A stretch of 64,000 nucleotides of DNA from Ginglymostoma cirratum (GCA_024137785.1 JAHRHZ010000024.1:33154644-33218643); one strand, 5' to 3'. Counted from the first letter of the stretch, positions 1 to 13,088 are shown. Notes: generated by a model not told the origin, from the letters alone. Translations and numbers: made by a program.

Positions 1-1232
1 TGTCATCTCTTTGATGTCCATTATGAATTAACCTGATTCTAAGTGCAAGGGACCTACATTTGTCTTGACCAGTCTTCTTCTCCTCATATATCTATAGAAG
101 CTTTTGCAGTCAGGTTTTATGTTTTCTGCAAGCTTATTCTCGTATTTTCTTTTTCCGAACTGAACCCTTTGTCCTCCTCTGCTGAATTTTAAATTTCTCC
201 CAGTTCTCAGGTTTGCTGCTTTTTCTGGCTAATTTATATGCCTCCTCTTTGACTTTAATACTGTTCCTGATTTCCTTTATTAGCCCTGGTTGAGCAACCT
301 TCCTTATTGAACTCTTATGTCAGACAGGGATGTACAATCGTTGGAAGTTCATCCATGTGTTCTTTAAATGTCTACCAATGCCACTGTCAACCCTTAAGTA
401 TCCTTGACCAGTTTATCCTAGCCAATGCAGGCCTCATACCATCAAAGTTAGCTTTCTTGAAGTTCAGGACCCAAGTTTCAGATTTAATTGTGTCACTCTC
501 TATCTTAATGAAGAAATTCTACCATATTATGGTCACCCTCACCAAAGGATTTCGCACCACAATGTTGCTAATTAATCCTCACTCGTTAAACAATACCCAG
601 TCTAGGAGGCTTTGCTCTCTAGTTGGCTCGTCAGCAAATGTTGAGGAAACCATCCCTCATACATTCCAGGAAATCCCTCTCCATTGCATGGCTACCAGTT
701 TGGTTAGGCCAATCAATATGTAGATTGAAGTCACCCATAAAAACTGCTGTACCCTTACTGCAAGCATCTCTAATTTTCTGTTTGATACAGTCCCCAACAT
801 CACAACTACTGTTCGGTGAACTGTATACAACTCCCACTAACGTCTTCTCTCCTTTGGTGTTCCGTAGCTCCACCCATACTGATTCTACATTGTCCAGGCT
901 AATGTCCTCTCTTACCCTTATTACTGTGTTAATTTCCCCTCCTTAACCAGCAATGCTACCCCACCCCTTTCCTTCTTGTCTCTCCTGCCTGAAAATTGAA
1001 TAACCCTGGACATCCTTGGCCACCCTGGAGCCAGGTCTCTGTGATCACAATTACATCATATCCATTAAGAACTGTGTGCACAGTTAATTCATCTACCTTA
1101 CTGTAAATGCTCCTCACATTGAGACACAGAGTCTTCAGACTCTTTTTTTTGACATGTATTGCCTTTTTGGAATCATTGTGAAATGTGGCCCTTTTTTGAT
1201 TTTTGTCTTTGGTTTCTCTGCCTGTCACTTCT
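1..1232 (-). mobile_element. CR1 LINE, decayed ORF2 N-terminus (APE endonuclease), runs off window start
   Basis: Minus-strand ORFs give LCLNVRSI..YDVIVITETWL and LVGVVYSSPN..FMGDFNLHIDW, which are APE motifs; frameshifted. Confidence 0.92.
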
Positions 1233-2711
1233 TTTCGGTTTTGTCATATACATGCCAGTCTACTCTGGTGTCTCCTTAACCTAACCCAATTGGCTCAAAC
1301 CATCTGATCTGAGGTTTGGCATAATCCTGGATGCCCTTTGTAACATAGCTGCCGGCTTTGACAGAGTGTACTTGTGCTTCAAAGGCACCTTGCCTAATTG
1401 TCAAGATTGCATATTGTAGTGGCATGGCTAACTCTGATGACTGTGCACTGGGAATCCTCTCTTTCTCCATTTAGTTACCGCATGCGACCTCATCTAGCTT
1501 CATTGATCAATTATTGAAAGCGCTTTGCAAGGAACAACCTTCAATATCATATTAGATCGAGTTGGATTTTCTGATGTGTTACTGAAGTCAGATTAATTCA
1601 GAAGGAAGATGCCATGTCGAGATAAATTTAACAGGTACAAGCAAACGTTAGGGGAGCAGTGCCCAAGTGATTCTGTCCCCGTTTTGTTACGGAATTACAA
1701 AGATGACGACTCTAGATTGCCACTGATGGAGGTTTCTATGTAGTGAATAGCACAAATTCCTCAACCCTTCCATTTAACCGTGGATGCTTTTAGTGCATAA
1801 ATAGTCAAATCTCAGGGATGATTACCATTCTTCCAAATCCTGTTCAAACAGCGCATTTATTTTTGTGAAGAGATCTAAAACCTGAAAAAAAAAACTGTCT
1901 CTCTTTCAAAACGATGTGACAATATAATTTCCTTGCCAAGGTAATGATGCAAATTTTTTAATGTTATATTCAGCATAGATGTTGCTTTTGCTCTCACTCC
2001 TGCAGGCATTTGCATGGTAATTTTAAATGAATTGTCTACTGAAACAAGGATATATTTTAGCGTAACAAGGATTAAGAAAAATGCTCAAATACATTTAAGT
2101 CCTCAGGCAGAGCTAATGGAAATCAGTAAATGAAGACTGCAGTTAATGCTCTGAACACAGTAGAAATATTGTTGTAAATTCTATTAACAAAACCCATTCC
2201 AAATTGCCAGATGTGCCTCAGGTTAATCAAGCTATCTATGATTGTTAGGCTTTGGCCTGAAGGGAGTCAAGGTATTAAGTTTTGCATGGTTGACTACAGG
2301 GTGCTACCTAGTGATCAGGGAAATATTACTTGGTATCTTTTATATTTTAGGGTTCAGTTGAGACAAAAATGGCATGAGCAATCAAGAAACCTGCACAGCA
2401 AAGAATGTTTTGCTGACAGTTTTCAAAGAAATGTCTGTTTAAGTGATTCCAGGTCTCATTAGGAAGGCAAATCTGCCTTATGAAACTGAAATAAAGGAAA
2501 TGAAGCAATATAAAATTAAGCAGTCAGCAAAACAGTTATGTCATTCCAGAACATAACGCAGAACGTTCGAAATACTATCTGCTCGGACACTGCCAAATTG
2601 CAGCAAGACACAATTCAAGGGCACACCTTAGTTCACAAGAGTTCAGATGTTAATGATTCAGTTATGACACTTGCAAACCAGTACAGTCTCTCTAAGTCTC
2701 CATGTTTCCCA

Positions 2712-2849
2712 AACGAAAGCAACGAACTGCAGATGCTGGAAACTTGGAAGTAAAAGATACAGAAACGGCCAGAGAAACTCAGCAGGTCTGGCAGCGTCTG
2801 TGGATGCAAAAACAGATTTAACGTTTCAAGTCTGTACAATTCTTCTGTA
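2712..2849 (-). mobile_element. Penelope-derived terminal repeat fragment (family B) with degenerate hammerhead
   Basis: Reverse complement reads cagaaga..gacttgaaacgtta..gacgctgccagacctgctgagtttctc..tccagcatctgcag; same motif at 14785, 52553, 59655, 62317. Confidence 0.75.
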
Positions 2850-3344
2850 GATTTTCTGAATTATCCAGAATTAAATGGTGATACTGAGAAGCAATAATTT
2901 CTGTAAAACACTGTTTCTCTCATCTACGCAACACATATGTACTACTTCAGCATTAATTAGTAAGAAATTAAATCTCAAGAAACCACAAAGTGACTGTCGC
3001 TGCAGTTCTACCCTTAAGAGGTTATATATCAGAGACATCAGTTTTGCAATTGTACACAAAGGACACTCTGTTTCAATTAAGATGCTTCTAAGGCTAGCTC
3101 CAATAATTAGAAAGATGGCATCTAATAGATTGGGCGTTGATAAATCTCAGACTGCAAGCCAATATTATTTGGCAGAACCTACCATCAATGCTGATTAAAT
3201 CTCATCATTATAAACTGCATTTTGGGACATTATGAGCTCTCCTTGTTAGTTTTTTCTGTCGAATTAAGTCACTGAGAGCAAAATATGGGACTTTCTCTCT
3301 AGATTTGCTTGTGTTTTCATTGGGTTATGATTGTGTCAATAATT

Positions 3345-4165
3345 TCAGGACACTGGCTGATCAGAACAATTGAAAAACTGAGGAGGGCCGCAGTAAATTA
3401 CATGAAAAATCTTGCACAGAGCACAAATGATTGACAAATCAATGTCAGCATAGATAAATGCGAGGCAATACACGATAATGGGGAGAATTTGAAAATCATA
3501 CATTACTTCATGGGATAGAGGAACAAAAGGATCTGAGAGTGAAATATATCAATCGCTAAAGGTTCTGCCACAGGTTCACAAAGTCATAAGAAAAAAAGCA
3601 AAACGATCAACAGACTTTATTTTCAGATGGGCAGAATTAATAAATGTGCAATTTATGCTAAACCTCTGTTGAACTTTGGTTAGACTACACAGGAGAGAAA
3701 TGTGAAGAGTTTTAGTTTCCATATATTGTAACTGGGAAGGGTGCAGAGAAAATTTACAAGGAGAATACCAGAAATGTGTGGTTATACACATCATAAAGGA
3801 GTTGACAGTATGGGCTCTCCTCTCTCTTGACAAAAACTAGACAGAAGGAGTTACTTAATAGAGGTCTTCAAAATGATGAAAGGTTTCAACAGATTGGATA
3901 CAGCGATAAGGTTCGCACTTATGGGAAGGGCTCTAACTAAAGGATAACAACACAAAATAATCCTAAAACCAATTCAGAAGAAACATCAGAAGAATGTGTG
4001 ACTTAGTACCAATCAAATAGTTGAAGCAAATAGGATGGGTACATCTATGGGGGAACTAGGTAAGCGATTGCTAGGGCAGCAAATTTCGAAAGATAGGAAG
4101 AGGAGAGAGAATGAATAAAACTCTGGTAATGATTTGTTCAATCGAATGGCCTGTTTCTATGATGG
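3345..4165 (+). mobile_element. Highly decayed CR1 3' region
   Basis: Similar to the CR1 3' end at 25937-26597 (atagaggtcttcaaaatgatga; terminal aatggcctgtttctatg). Confidence 0.7.
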
Positions 4166-4361
4166 ATATCCTACAAAATTTCATGCAAGAACATTCTAAA
4201 GATTGCAAAATAACAAAGAACTGCACTGAGGACAACTGTACGGAAGGTTAATGGATGCCAAGGAATAATGAACAGAGAAATAGACATGTGAAAGTTCATA
4301 CAGAAAGAAGGCATATATAAGAGTGATGCGCTGAGAATTAGAGACACCAGAAATTATATGC

Positions 4362-4486
4362 AACAACATGGTGTAGAGCTGGATGAACACAGCAGGCCAA
4401 GCAGCATCAGAGCAGGAATGCTGACGTATCGGATCTGGACCCTTCTTCAGAAATTCTCCAGCACTGGCAGTCCCTACTACCTCTGT
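4362..4486. mobile_element. Penelope family A fold-back mini-insert (inverted hammerhead arm plus forward tail)
   Basis: Minus arm 4362-4454, plus-strand tail ttctccagcactggcagtccctactacctct; 13-bp TSD agaaattatatgc at 4349-4361 and 4487-4499. Confidence 0.88.
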
Positions 4487-4897
4487 AGAAATTATATGCG
4501 GCTGTGTTTACTCTGAGAACAATGGGTTGTTTTAAGGGATTACATAGCAAATAACAGATTTTTGCAATTCACTCCTTAGAAAACAAAAACTATCTAGCAA
4601 TAATGTGAGACACTGCATCTCTGGAAATGGCTGCATAGATAACAACAGATACCCAAGAGTGATGACATGGGGTGCGTAGTTACATAAATAACAACAATGT
4701 CTCAGTGTTTCTACAAAGACCACAGTTAACCAGGATTGATTACAGAGCAAGCAGTGAATATTTGGGAAGTGCTACACTTAAAGCAAGGTATTATCAGACA
4801 GCAGCCTCACTTTACATCTTACAAATCTATAAGCTACAGCTAAAATCATCAAACTCAGTCAAGTTTACAGATCTCAAATTGTGAATTTAATGGAAGT

Positions 4898-5223
4898 GGA
4901 GGCATGGTGGCTCAGTGGTTAACATTGCTGCCTCACAGTGCTTTGAACCCGGTGTCAATTCCACCTCGAGTGAACGTGTGGAGTTTATGCATTCTCCCCG
5001 TGTCCGTGTGGGTTTCCTCCAGGGTTCCGGTTTCCTCTCGCAATAGGTGGATTGGACATGCTAAATTGCCCACAGTGTCCAGGTATGTGGAGGCTAGGTG
5101 GATGAGCCATGGGAAATGCAGGGTTACAGGAATAGTGGGTGGTCTGGGAGGGATACTCTTTGGAGGGTTGGTGTGGACTCAATGGGCCAAGTAGCCTGCT
5201 TTCACACTGTAGGGATTCTATGA
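4898..5223 (+). mobile_element. HE1-like tRNA-derived V-domain SINE, full length
   Basis: A box tggctcagtgg, B-box-like ggtgtcaattcc, V-domain ttctccccgtgtccgtgtgggtttcctcc, CR1-type tail ending gggattctatga. Confidence 0.9.
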
Positions 5224-5295
5224 AAAACTGGTAGAATTTGAATCAAGGCCATCGATTGCTATCTGCTGTCTCACATCTAAGACAAATGGTGACTG

Positions 5296-5386
5296 AAAAC
5301 AAAAAGTACTGGAGATCACAGCAGGTCAGGCAGCATCTATGGAGAGAAAGCAAGCCGATGTTTTGAGTCTACACAACTCTTCAGAG
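5296..5386 (-). mobile_element. Penelope terminal fragment (family C)
   Basis: Matches 54706-54810 (ggagatcacagcaggtcaggcagcatct..gcaagc..ttttgagtct..ctcttcaga). Confidence 0.7.
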
Positions 5387-5412
5387 TCAAAATGCTCTAG
5401 CGTACTATTAAA

Positions 5413-5503
5413 GGGCCCTCTTGTGGCATAGTGGTAGTGTCCCTACTCCTGGACCAAGACCTCGGTTCAAGTTGCACCTGTTTCCAAGATGCGTAATAAC
5501 ATC
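5413..5503 (+). mobile_element. tRNA-derived SINE head (short family)
   Basis: A box tggcatagtgg, B box ggttcaagt; second copy inverted at 7292-7391. Confidence 0.7.
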
Positions 5504-6527
5504 TACAAACAGATTATTTCAAAATGTTGGTTAAATAAAAATATTTCTAATCTACCATTTTAAGTTGGGGTTGAAGAGCGCATTGTCAGAAACTAGTTTC
5601 CAATTACACTTCATGTTCACAGATGCCATTCAAGGAGGATTAATAAATTTGCTATCAAGAAACAACCTCCAGTTACCTTCCAGAATCGAGATGGTAAGTG
5701 TCCCTTGTTGAACCATTACTGCGATATGGAGAGGGATAGAGAAATGAGAAAACACATTAGTTAGATGTAATTTGCACTACTAATTGTTAAGGGCCATAAA
5801 TCCATACACTATTCTCATCATAAAGGGAGTCACAGACTTCAAGTATTGATTTTCTAAATGTAAACAATGGGTATTTCCAGGCTGATTTTGGATGCACTGG
5901 CAATTCCGTTGCAAATTGCACCTGCCTCAAGAAGTGGCTGCTCCCACCAGTTTCCACCCAAAATTACTTGTACATTGGCGAAGAAGATCTGCCACAAAGT
6001 GTGCCAACTAGGCAGCTTTTTCCTAACGTAACTTTCCAATAAGAATTTCAGCTTTAAAATTATTCCTTGCTTATTTAAGAACAGCAACTTGACAAAGTCT
6101 GATCTGTACAGCTGAAAAACATTTTAAAATACAGTGTCTATTCCACCATCTGTCTCAAACAAATTCCAGATTATGAAAAATTTCTTTTACCAGTAATACA
6201 AAACTACTTTCCAACTCGATTCCTGTACAGCAATCAGTTCCTAAACTTTCAAAATATAACTTTCAGCACAAGATACACTGTCCCTAAAAATAACAGTTTT
6301 GTTTTGGGAATCTTCTGAAGACATCTCATCAAGCACAATTAGTAGAAAGTTCAAATACTAATTAATTCACCCTGGGCATATGGCCAATTTTACGCTAGGA
6401 ACAAGCTCCGTCCACAATGTTTAGAAAACAAAACCAAAAGGTTGCAGAAACGTCATGTGTACTGGGCCCAACTTCCACTTTAAATACCACAATCTCTTGG
6501 TTGCACCTAGATCAAAGGAACCTCATC

Positions 6528-6886
6528 TTTCTTTTTCTTTATTCATTCACCCGATGAGGGTGTCGCCGGCCAGGCAGCATTTATTGCCCATCCCTAATTG
6601 CCCAGAGGGCAGTTAACAGTCAACCACATTGCTGTGGGTCTGGAGTCACATGTGGGCCAGACCAGGTTAGGATGGCAGTTTCCCTCCCTGAAGGGCATCA
6701 GTGAACCAGGTGGGTTTTTCCAACAATCAACAATGGATTCGTGGTTATCAATAGACTCCTAATTCCAGATATTTATTGAATTCAAATTCCACCATGTGCC
6801 GTGGCAGGATTCAAACCCACGTCCGCAGAACATTATCTGATTCTCTGATTAACGGTCCAGCAATAATATCATGAGGCCATCACCTC
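6528..6886 (-). mobile_element. tRNA-headed SINE (head and tail shared with the tRNA-headed LINE)
   Basis: Reverse complement reads gaggtgatggcctcatga..gggtttgaatcc (A/B boxes), body, then tail gggcaattagggatgggcaataaatgc..tgaatgaataaa; homologous to 18079-18414. Confidence 0.9.
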
Positions 6887-7291
6887 AAAAAAGAAGCACA
6901 ATCGAGTGGAACCTCCAGCCTTCACCTTTGGTAAAACAGTAACCTGTGTAAAACTGTGAAATAATGTAGCATCTGTGCTATCTGAGAACAGTGTAATTGA
7001 TGTATTGAGAGGTTCAGGCCGTTTATTAGACTGCAAAGTTTTATGGTTCAGTCAAAGCCATGGATTTGAGTGAGGCAAAGTCTTTACATTCTCGGTTTTT
7101 ACCTTGTTCTTATTGGGATGGAAGGGCTTAAAACTGATAATATCAAAACACATTCTCTACTTAATAACAAGCATAAACACGAACTGAAGCAGCTTGTGAA
7201 AATCAGATATAAGTCTTCATAATAGCCAGAATCAAAAGTTGCTCACACAATGCATTGAGATGAATTAGGATTATTTATTTTTTAAAGCAAC

Positions 7292-7391
7292 CAACTTGGA
7301 CAGGTTATCACACACCCTCGCGGTAGGTGGGACTTGAAACTGGACTTTCTAGCTCAGAGGTCAGGAAGCTACCCCTGCACCACAAGAACCC
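7292..7391 (-). mobile_element. tRNA-derived SINE head (short family)
   Basis: Reverse complement ggttcttgtggtgcaggggtagc..tttcaagtcccacct is similar to 5413-5503. Confidence 0.65.
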
Positions 7392-8436
7392 GAAGGATTA
7401 TTTGTAGCTGACACTCACACTTATCGGACGACAGAATCCAAAATCCCAGTCTAAAGAGTGGAACAAAACAAAATCCTCACAGACTGTTTTGCAGGCTCAG
7501 GCAAACCAAATTTGATTCAAGCAAAGAGAAGCTGCAATGGGCTCCACTAATCCGAGAGAACTGTCAACAACTTTGTGAAGTTATTTCCATTTAAATGATT
7601 CAAGCAAATTCTCACACGTTAAAATTGCGGAATCTAGATGAATGGAAAGAATCACACTTCAATATTCTTCCTTCATGTTTCAGATCACCATTTTAGTCAA
7701 ACATGTCTCTGCAACAATTCATAGGAAATGCGATTTGAAATATTTGAGCAATTGTGCCCCTACATGGTCTTTTGGGCCCTACAGTGCTTCACCTTCTTTC
7801 AGGTAACTTTAGATCATGTAAATATAAAAATCAGCATTTAAGACTCTCTTGAACCTGTTGGAAAACTGAATGCTGTGGACATAAATTAGTAAATTGTGAA
7901 AATGTCTATGAGTTTGTATCACCAGCTCTGTGATACCCTTCCAACACAAAGACAGCAGGACAATAGTTTATATATTAAGCTTAATTAAATCACAGACTTC
8001 ATATATCAAAGTTTCTGCCAGTAAATTTAAATTTGATGTATAAATTCTGTATTTCATTACATGATCAGAAAGCATATGTAGAATATTCTCTGAGCATGGT
8101 ATCATAATCACCAATCTGTCAGTTTCCAGATGTGAGTGTATTATTGTGCTTCCAGGGACTTGGCAGAAGGCATTTGATGCATTTGTTCCTGATATAATTT
8201 ACTTCAGAAAACTATTAACTTCCAAGCGAATTCTAACTGTAGACATGTTGATTTATTCTATGCCATTATGGGAAAAAATTTCATCTATTCCTATTATATC
8301 TACCCAACTGGGGGTGCCAATAAATACCTGAATGCGGTATCAGATTTAGAAGGTTAAACGTTGCTCCTTTGTAGTTAATGGCTTCAGACTTGCTGAGGGA
8401 GCAATTACACACTGGACAATGAGCCTGTCCCCAGTT

Positions 8437-10015
8437 GTGGTGGATTCTCAGTGTGTTGCATGCTTGCTTCTAAATCAGAAGGTTAGATCACAAGACATAG
8501 CAGGAGAGATAGGCTATTCAGCCCACTGAGTCTGCTCCACATTCAATGAGATCATGACTGCTCTGAATCCTTGACTCCATTTCCTTGCCTTTTGCCTATA
8601 ACTCTCAATTCCCTGCTGAGAAAGAATCTACACCTCAGTCTTGATTATAATTAATGATCAAGCCTCAACAGCCCTCTGTGGAAAAAGTTCCACAAATTGA
8701 TAACCTTCTGAGAGAAGGAATTCCTCCTTATCTGTATTTTAAATATGTGATCTCCCCTTCAAAAGAGATTATACTCTCTCTGGTCCTACAGAGTCTCCCA
8801 CAAGGTGAAACAACCTTTCCGCAACCAGCCTTTCAAGTCCCCTAAGAATCTTGTATTTAGTAAAGTCACCTCTCATTCTTCTATGTACAAGCCCAATCTA
8901 TTCAATCTCTTCTCATAACACAGTCCCTCTGTACCCTAATAGCAGCTGAGGGAACATTTGCTAGACTGCCTCCAATGCCAGTACATTTGAACTTAGATAA
9001 AGAGCCCAAAACTGTTCACTGTATTCCAGCTGTGGTCTGACTGGTGTCTTGTCTACTTTTAGCAAAATCTCCCTACTGGTATACTCCATTCTCTTTGAAA
9101 TAAAGGCCAGCATTCTAATTGCCTTCCCTATTACCCATCGCACTTGGATGCTTGTTTTTTTGAGATTCATGGACAAGGGCTCCCAAATTTTTGTTGGGAT
9201 ACTCTGAGGTTCGGTGTGGACTTGTCGGGCCAAAAGGGCCTTTTTCCACACTGCAGGTATTCTATGATCTATGAATATTTATTGTGCTTTGCTGTTGCCA
9301 TCCTGAAAATGCCCCCTTATCTAAATTTTCTGGATTCTATTAGAAAATCAAACCGCTATGCTAATATGACACCTTCAACATCACTGTCTTTTATCTAATT
9401 TGATAGCTTAATGTATGGAACCTCATCAAACATCTTGTGAAAATACAAATATATTACAACCATTGCTTCCCCTTTATCTAGCCTGCTTGTTACCTCCTCA
9501 AAAGAACACTAATAAATTTGTCAGGCATGATCTCCCTTTAATGAATCCATGCTCACTGTACTTGTTCATACTGCACATTTCCAAATGCTCTGCTATTATA
9601 TCATTTACAATAGACTTTAACACTTGCCCAGTAACAGACCAACTCCAGGATATCAGGGCACAAATCAAAGTTTACTCTCAAACACTTAAGAAGCTCTGCG
9701 TTGCCAAAAGTGTCATCATTTCAATGAGACATTAAACTGAGACTCCCATCTGCATGCTTGGATTAATATAAAAGGCCCAAAGACACAAGTTCAAAGAAGA
9801 ACAAAAGAGTTATCCCCGGTTTCCTAGTCAACAACATGACAGAAAAAATATAGTCTGGTTATTATTACACTGAGAATTTGCTGAGCAAATATTAACTTCT
9901 GTGGTTCCAAAATTACAACAGTGGCTCCACTTCAAAAGTACTTCCTTAGCTCTAAAGTACCTTGAAATATTTGGTGATTGTGAAAAGCATGACAAAAATT
10001 TAAACTTGATTTTCT
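8437..10015 (+). mobile_element. Deu-domain SINE (SacSINE1-like) split by a CR1 insertion: head 8437-8484, body and tail 9640-10015
   Basis: Head tcagaaggtt resumes as caactccag after the CR1; Deu-like ttaaactgagactcccatctg..aaagaagaacaaaagagttatccccggt; homologous to 15728-16157. Confidence 0.7.
8485..9639 (-). mobile_element. CR1 LINE 3' portion, decayed
   Basis: ORF 8961-9251 has KAIRMLAFISKRMEY..VRPQLEYSEQFWALYL (CR1 ORF2 C-terminus); a short plus-strand HE1/HER1 tail is nested at ~9196-9273. Confidence 0.88.
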
Positions 10016-10374
10016 TTCTGCCACGTTTTGACTGGCTAAATAAATTCCAGTTGGGAGAGCCATGGACAGTACTCATTCATCTGTCCATGATAAGGAGGTA
10101 TCTGACAAACACCTGTTCCCCAGAGAAATTTCTTCCCCTACTCCCTTCAAATTCGTCACTGGAACTCACACAGCCAGGACCTCAGTCTGTTCCCACTAGT
10201 CAAAGGGTCAAGAACAAGATGGCAAACTTTTAATGCGAAAGGTAGACAGTGGACTCTGCATCACCAACAGTCATCTACCAGTTGGAAGTATAAGCTGGTA
10301 CTTTAGTTTGTGCCTACATATTTATTTCTCAATTGCTGCTGGAGCTGTGGAAACTGTTACATGATTTGAAGTAA

Positions 10375-10693
10375 GTGCTTGTTTTTATATAGTGTACTTC
10401 ACAACTTATGTTCACATCTCAATGCACTTTACAGCCAATTTAAAAATTCAGTTGCGTAGTAAATGTTGTTCATACACAGCAAGTTTCCATAACGTGCAAT
10501 GACTAGCCAATTAATATGCTCTCAATAGCATTGGTTGAGAATTGTTGGCAACAACACCTGGTGAGATCCCCTGCTCAGTTATATTCACCTGAACAGGCAA
10601 TCACAAAGTTTTCATTTCATATTGTTTGAAAAAATGCCTCAGACAATGAGGTACTCAGTCAATATTGGAGCTTATGTGGCACCAGGAATCCCA
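10375..10693 (-). mobile_element. Deu-domain SINE, decayed
   Basis: Reverse similarity to 15728-16157 (tttatatagtg..cactttacagccaat..ttggttgag..cccctgctc). Confidence 0.65.
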
Positions 10694-10759
10694 ACGAATT
10701 ACAGACGTCTTTTACAATAAATGAAACATTTTCATTTAGATCTTGTAATTAGTCTACTC

Positions 10760-11560
10760 TTGACCACCAATGTGATGAAAGGGGTCGCTTACAGTGCAAT
10801 CAAGTGGCATATGGCCAGCAGCAATATGCACGCTGACACTGAGTTTCAGTTCAGGGCCATTCAGATCCAGACATGAGGTTCACCATGGTCTTCAATTTGT
10901 CACCACAACCTTTGTCAGCTGAAGAAGAGCTTGTGTGAAGGCCAGGACCTAGAACACAGCATCAAGCACATGGTCTGTAAATGAAAAGTTTCCATCCTAT
11001 ATGACTCACAGACATGGACGATGCATAGCAGGCAACTCAAAACTCTGGAATGTTACCACTGTTGCTGCATCCACAAGGTCCTGTAAATCTTTTTGCAGGC
11101 TAGCAAGAACGTGCTGGCTCAGGCTAACAACAAAGGAATAACCATGCTCACACAACTCCACTGAGCAGCCATGCCATCCACATGACATGCCTGAGATTCC
11201 CGAAACAAGCAACACAGAAGGAGGGCAAAGGCAACACTACTCAGACATTCACAAATCCTCCTTGGAAAAAGTGCAACAGCTCCACCAGCAGCTGGGAAAC
11301 CCTGGCCCAAGACTGCCTGAGGTGGAGGGAAAACATCCCAGAAGGATCTGCATACCTCCAGTCTCATCGCCAACAGTAATCTGAAGTCAAGCATCAGAGA
11401 ATGGAGCACAAGGCAACCCCCTCACACTCCCGCTGCCCAATCACTGTCTGCTCCATCTGTGACAGACAGTGTAGGTCATGCACTGGCCCCTTCAGTCTCC
11501 CGGGAATTTTTTTTTTTAGCATGGAAGCAAGTTGTCCTCAATCACGAGGGAATGCTAAAG
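10760..11560 (+). mobile_element. RTE-clade LINE 3' end, decayed
   Basis: GGQRQHYSDIHKSSL, SWETLAQDCLRWR and C-terminal CSICDRQCRSCTG zinc-finger-like motif typical of RTE ORF ends. Confidence 0.8.
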
Positions 11561-11565
11561 AAGGT

Positions 11566-12045
11566 TCAGACATGAACAAAAGTGCTAAACTCTATAAGGG
11601 AGGTGAGAGCAACCACCTTGATATCAAGGCAGCATTTGACCAAGCGTTGCATCAAAACTCTCAGCAAGATCCACTACAGCAACTCAGCAACGCTCCCCTC
11701 CAAAAGGAGCAGTGAAAGAAGGCTGTCTACCCTCAGAGATAGTAGGAACTGCAGATGCTGGAGAATCTGAGATAACAAGGTGTAGAGCTGGATGAACACA
11801 GCAGGCCAAGCAGCATCATAGGAGCAGGAAAGCTGACATTTCTGGCCTAGACCCTTCTTCAGAAAGAAGGCGGCCCTTCTTCTGGTGAAGGGTCTAGGCC
11901 CGAAACGTCAGCTTTCCTGCTCCTATGATGCTGCTTGGCCTGCTGTGCTCATCCTGTCTACCCTCACTTTGTCAAGGATAAATCTGGGGTCGGTGATAAA
12001 TGCTAGCCTAACCAGAGAAACCAACATCTCAAAAATCAATTTTTT
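11566..12045 (+). mobile_element. Deleted fragment of the tRNA-headed LINE (RT piece plus 3' tail), interrupted by a Penelope fold-back
   Basis: LDIKAAFDQALHQ RT motif; tail gataaatgctagcctaaccag matches the SINE/LINE tail. Confidence 0.7.
11736..11953. mobile_element. Penelope family A fold-back element with two opposed hammerhead motifs
   Basis: Minus arm with tail 11736-11865, plus arm 11880-11953; 13-bp TSD ctgtctaccctca at 11723-11735 and 11954-11966. Confidence 0.92.
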
Positions 12046-13086
12046 TTGAAAATTATTTTAACTTGGACATTAGAATTAAGCCTTTGGCTTTTGCTAACTT
12101 CATTGCGCTAAACTTTAGACACAGTGACTGCATTTTTAATGTATCATTTTCTTTGTTCACATGCCACGTATGCTCATTGTTGCAATAATAAAAGGAAACT
12201 TACAAAATCTCAATGATTGCGGAGAGGAATAAATCCCTTAGTTATTTAAAAAGCGATGAAGCTGTTTTGAAGATACACAGGGGCAACCCTTAGATTTGTC
12301 CAAACATTCCACAACTAACGTTGGAACTCTACCAACTGTCAAAGGTACAGCTCAGATGATGTGATAAGAGCAACTTTAAAAACTTGGGATTGTAAACAAA
12401 TAGATTTTATGTTTAGATAGCTCTGTTGTCCAGACAATACTGTTGAGACATGTTCCAGTTCCAGTTCCAGAGTTTGAGCACAAGACCACTCTACTGAGAC
12501 CTAACAGCCAGATCATTCAAGGTCAGTCTAGTCAAAGGACAGTGAGACTTAGGACTTTCCGGACAGGAATGAGGAGACTGCAGAACCTAGTACAGCCCTT
12601 GAATCGTTTAAAGATGAACAAGAACTAGACTAGCAGAATTCACTATTGTTACTCATTTTGTTTATCAAAAGGCCAGATGAGGTTTTCTAATCAAAAGCAG
12701 TATTTACAATTATGGATGTCTACAAGCACTTTGGTTCATTAATATCATTGCCTCTCCATTACAAACACGGAGGAGTATTTTGTACTATCTTCATACATTT
12801 TAAACCTTTTGTAGATCTAGTAAACATGGAGGTTGACATCAAAAGCTTTCATCTGATTTGTTCAAGTTTACAATTTCTTTCAATCAGCAAAATCAGCAAT
12901 ACATTAATATATACACAGTATTCCCCCGGCCTTTTTCAAGGCATTTCTATTTGCCAATAAATGAGTTGTTCAGCTACATCTTCAACAAAAGCTTACAAAC
13001 AGATGTTCTGGAATTACTACTGAAATCAGCACCAAAGTGATGCCTTTAACCCTGTTTGCTGAGCAGGCTTTGGTGCTGCTTCCCTT

Positions 13087-13088
13087 TC

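Noticed and set aside
2006-2016. Microexon-like ag|gcatttgcatg|gtaatt (similar at 16504-16522 and 38617-38638)
   Set aside because: Lengths 11, 19 and 22 nt are not frame-preserving and there is no supporting gene context
4898-4970. tRNA gene (also 43716, 46178, 15728)
   Set aside because: A/B boxes continue into SINE or LINE bodies; these are tRNA-derived heads
5623-5693. Plus-strand exon candidate (cacag|...atg|gtaagt)
   Set aside because: Good donor but weak polypyrimidine tract and no recognisable peptide
7684-7802. Plus-strand 119-nt exon candidate with one open frame
   Set aside because: No recognisable protein; an open frame this short is common by chance
11736-11953. CRISPR array or DNA-transposon MITE
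   Set aside because: No repeat-spacer periodicity; arms match the 3' end of the Penelope element at 33190-33290, and TSDs are long and variable
12200-12630. Possible LTR-retrotransposon 3' relic
   Set aside because: Only a vague resemblance; no motif I can support
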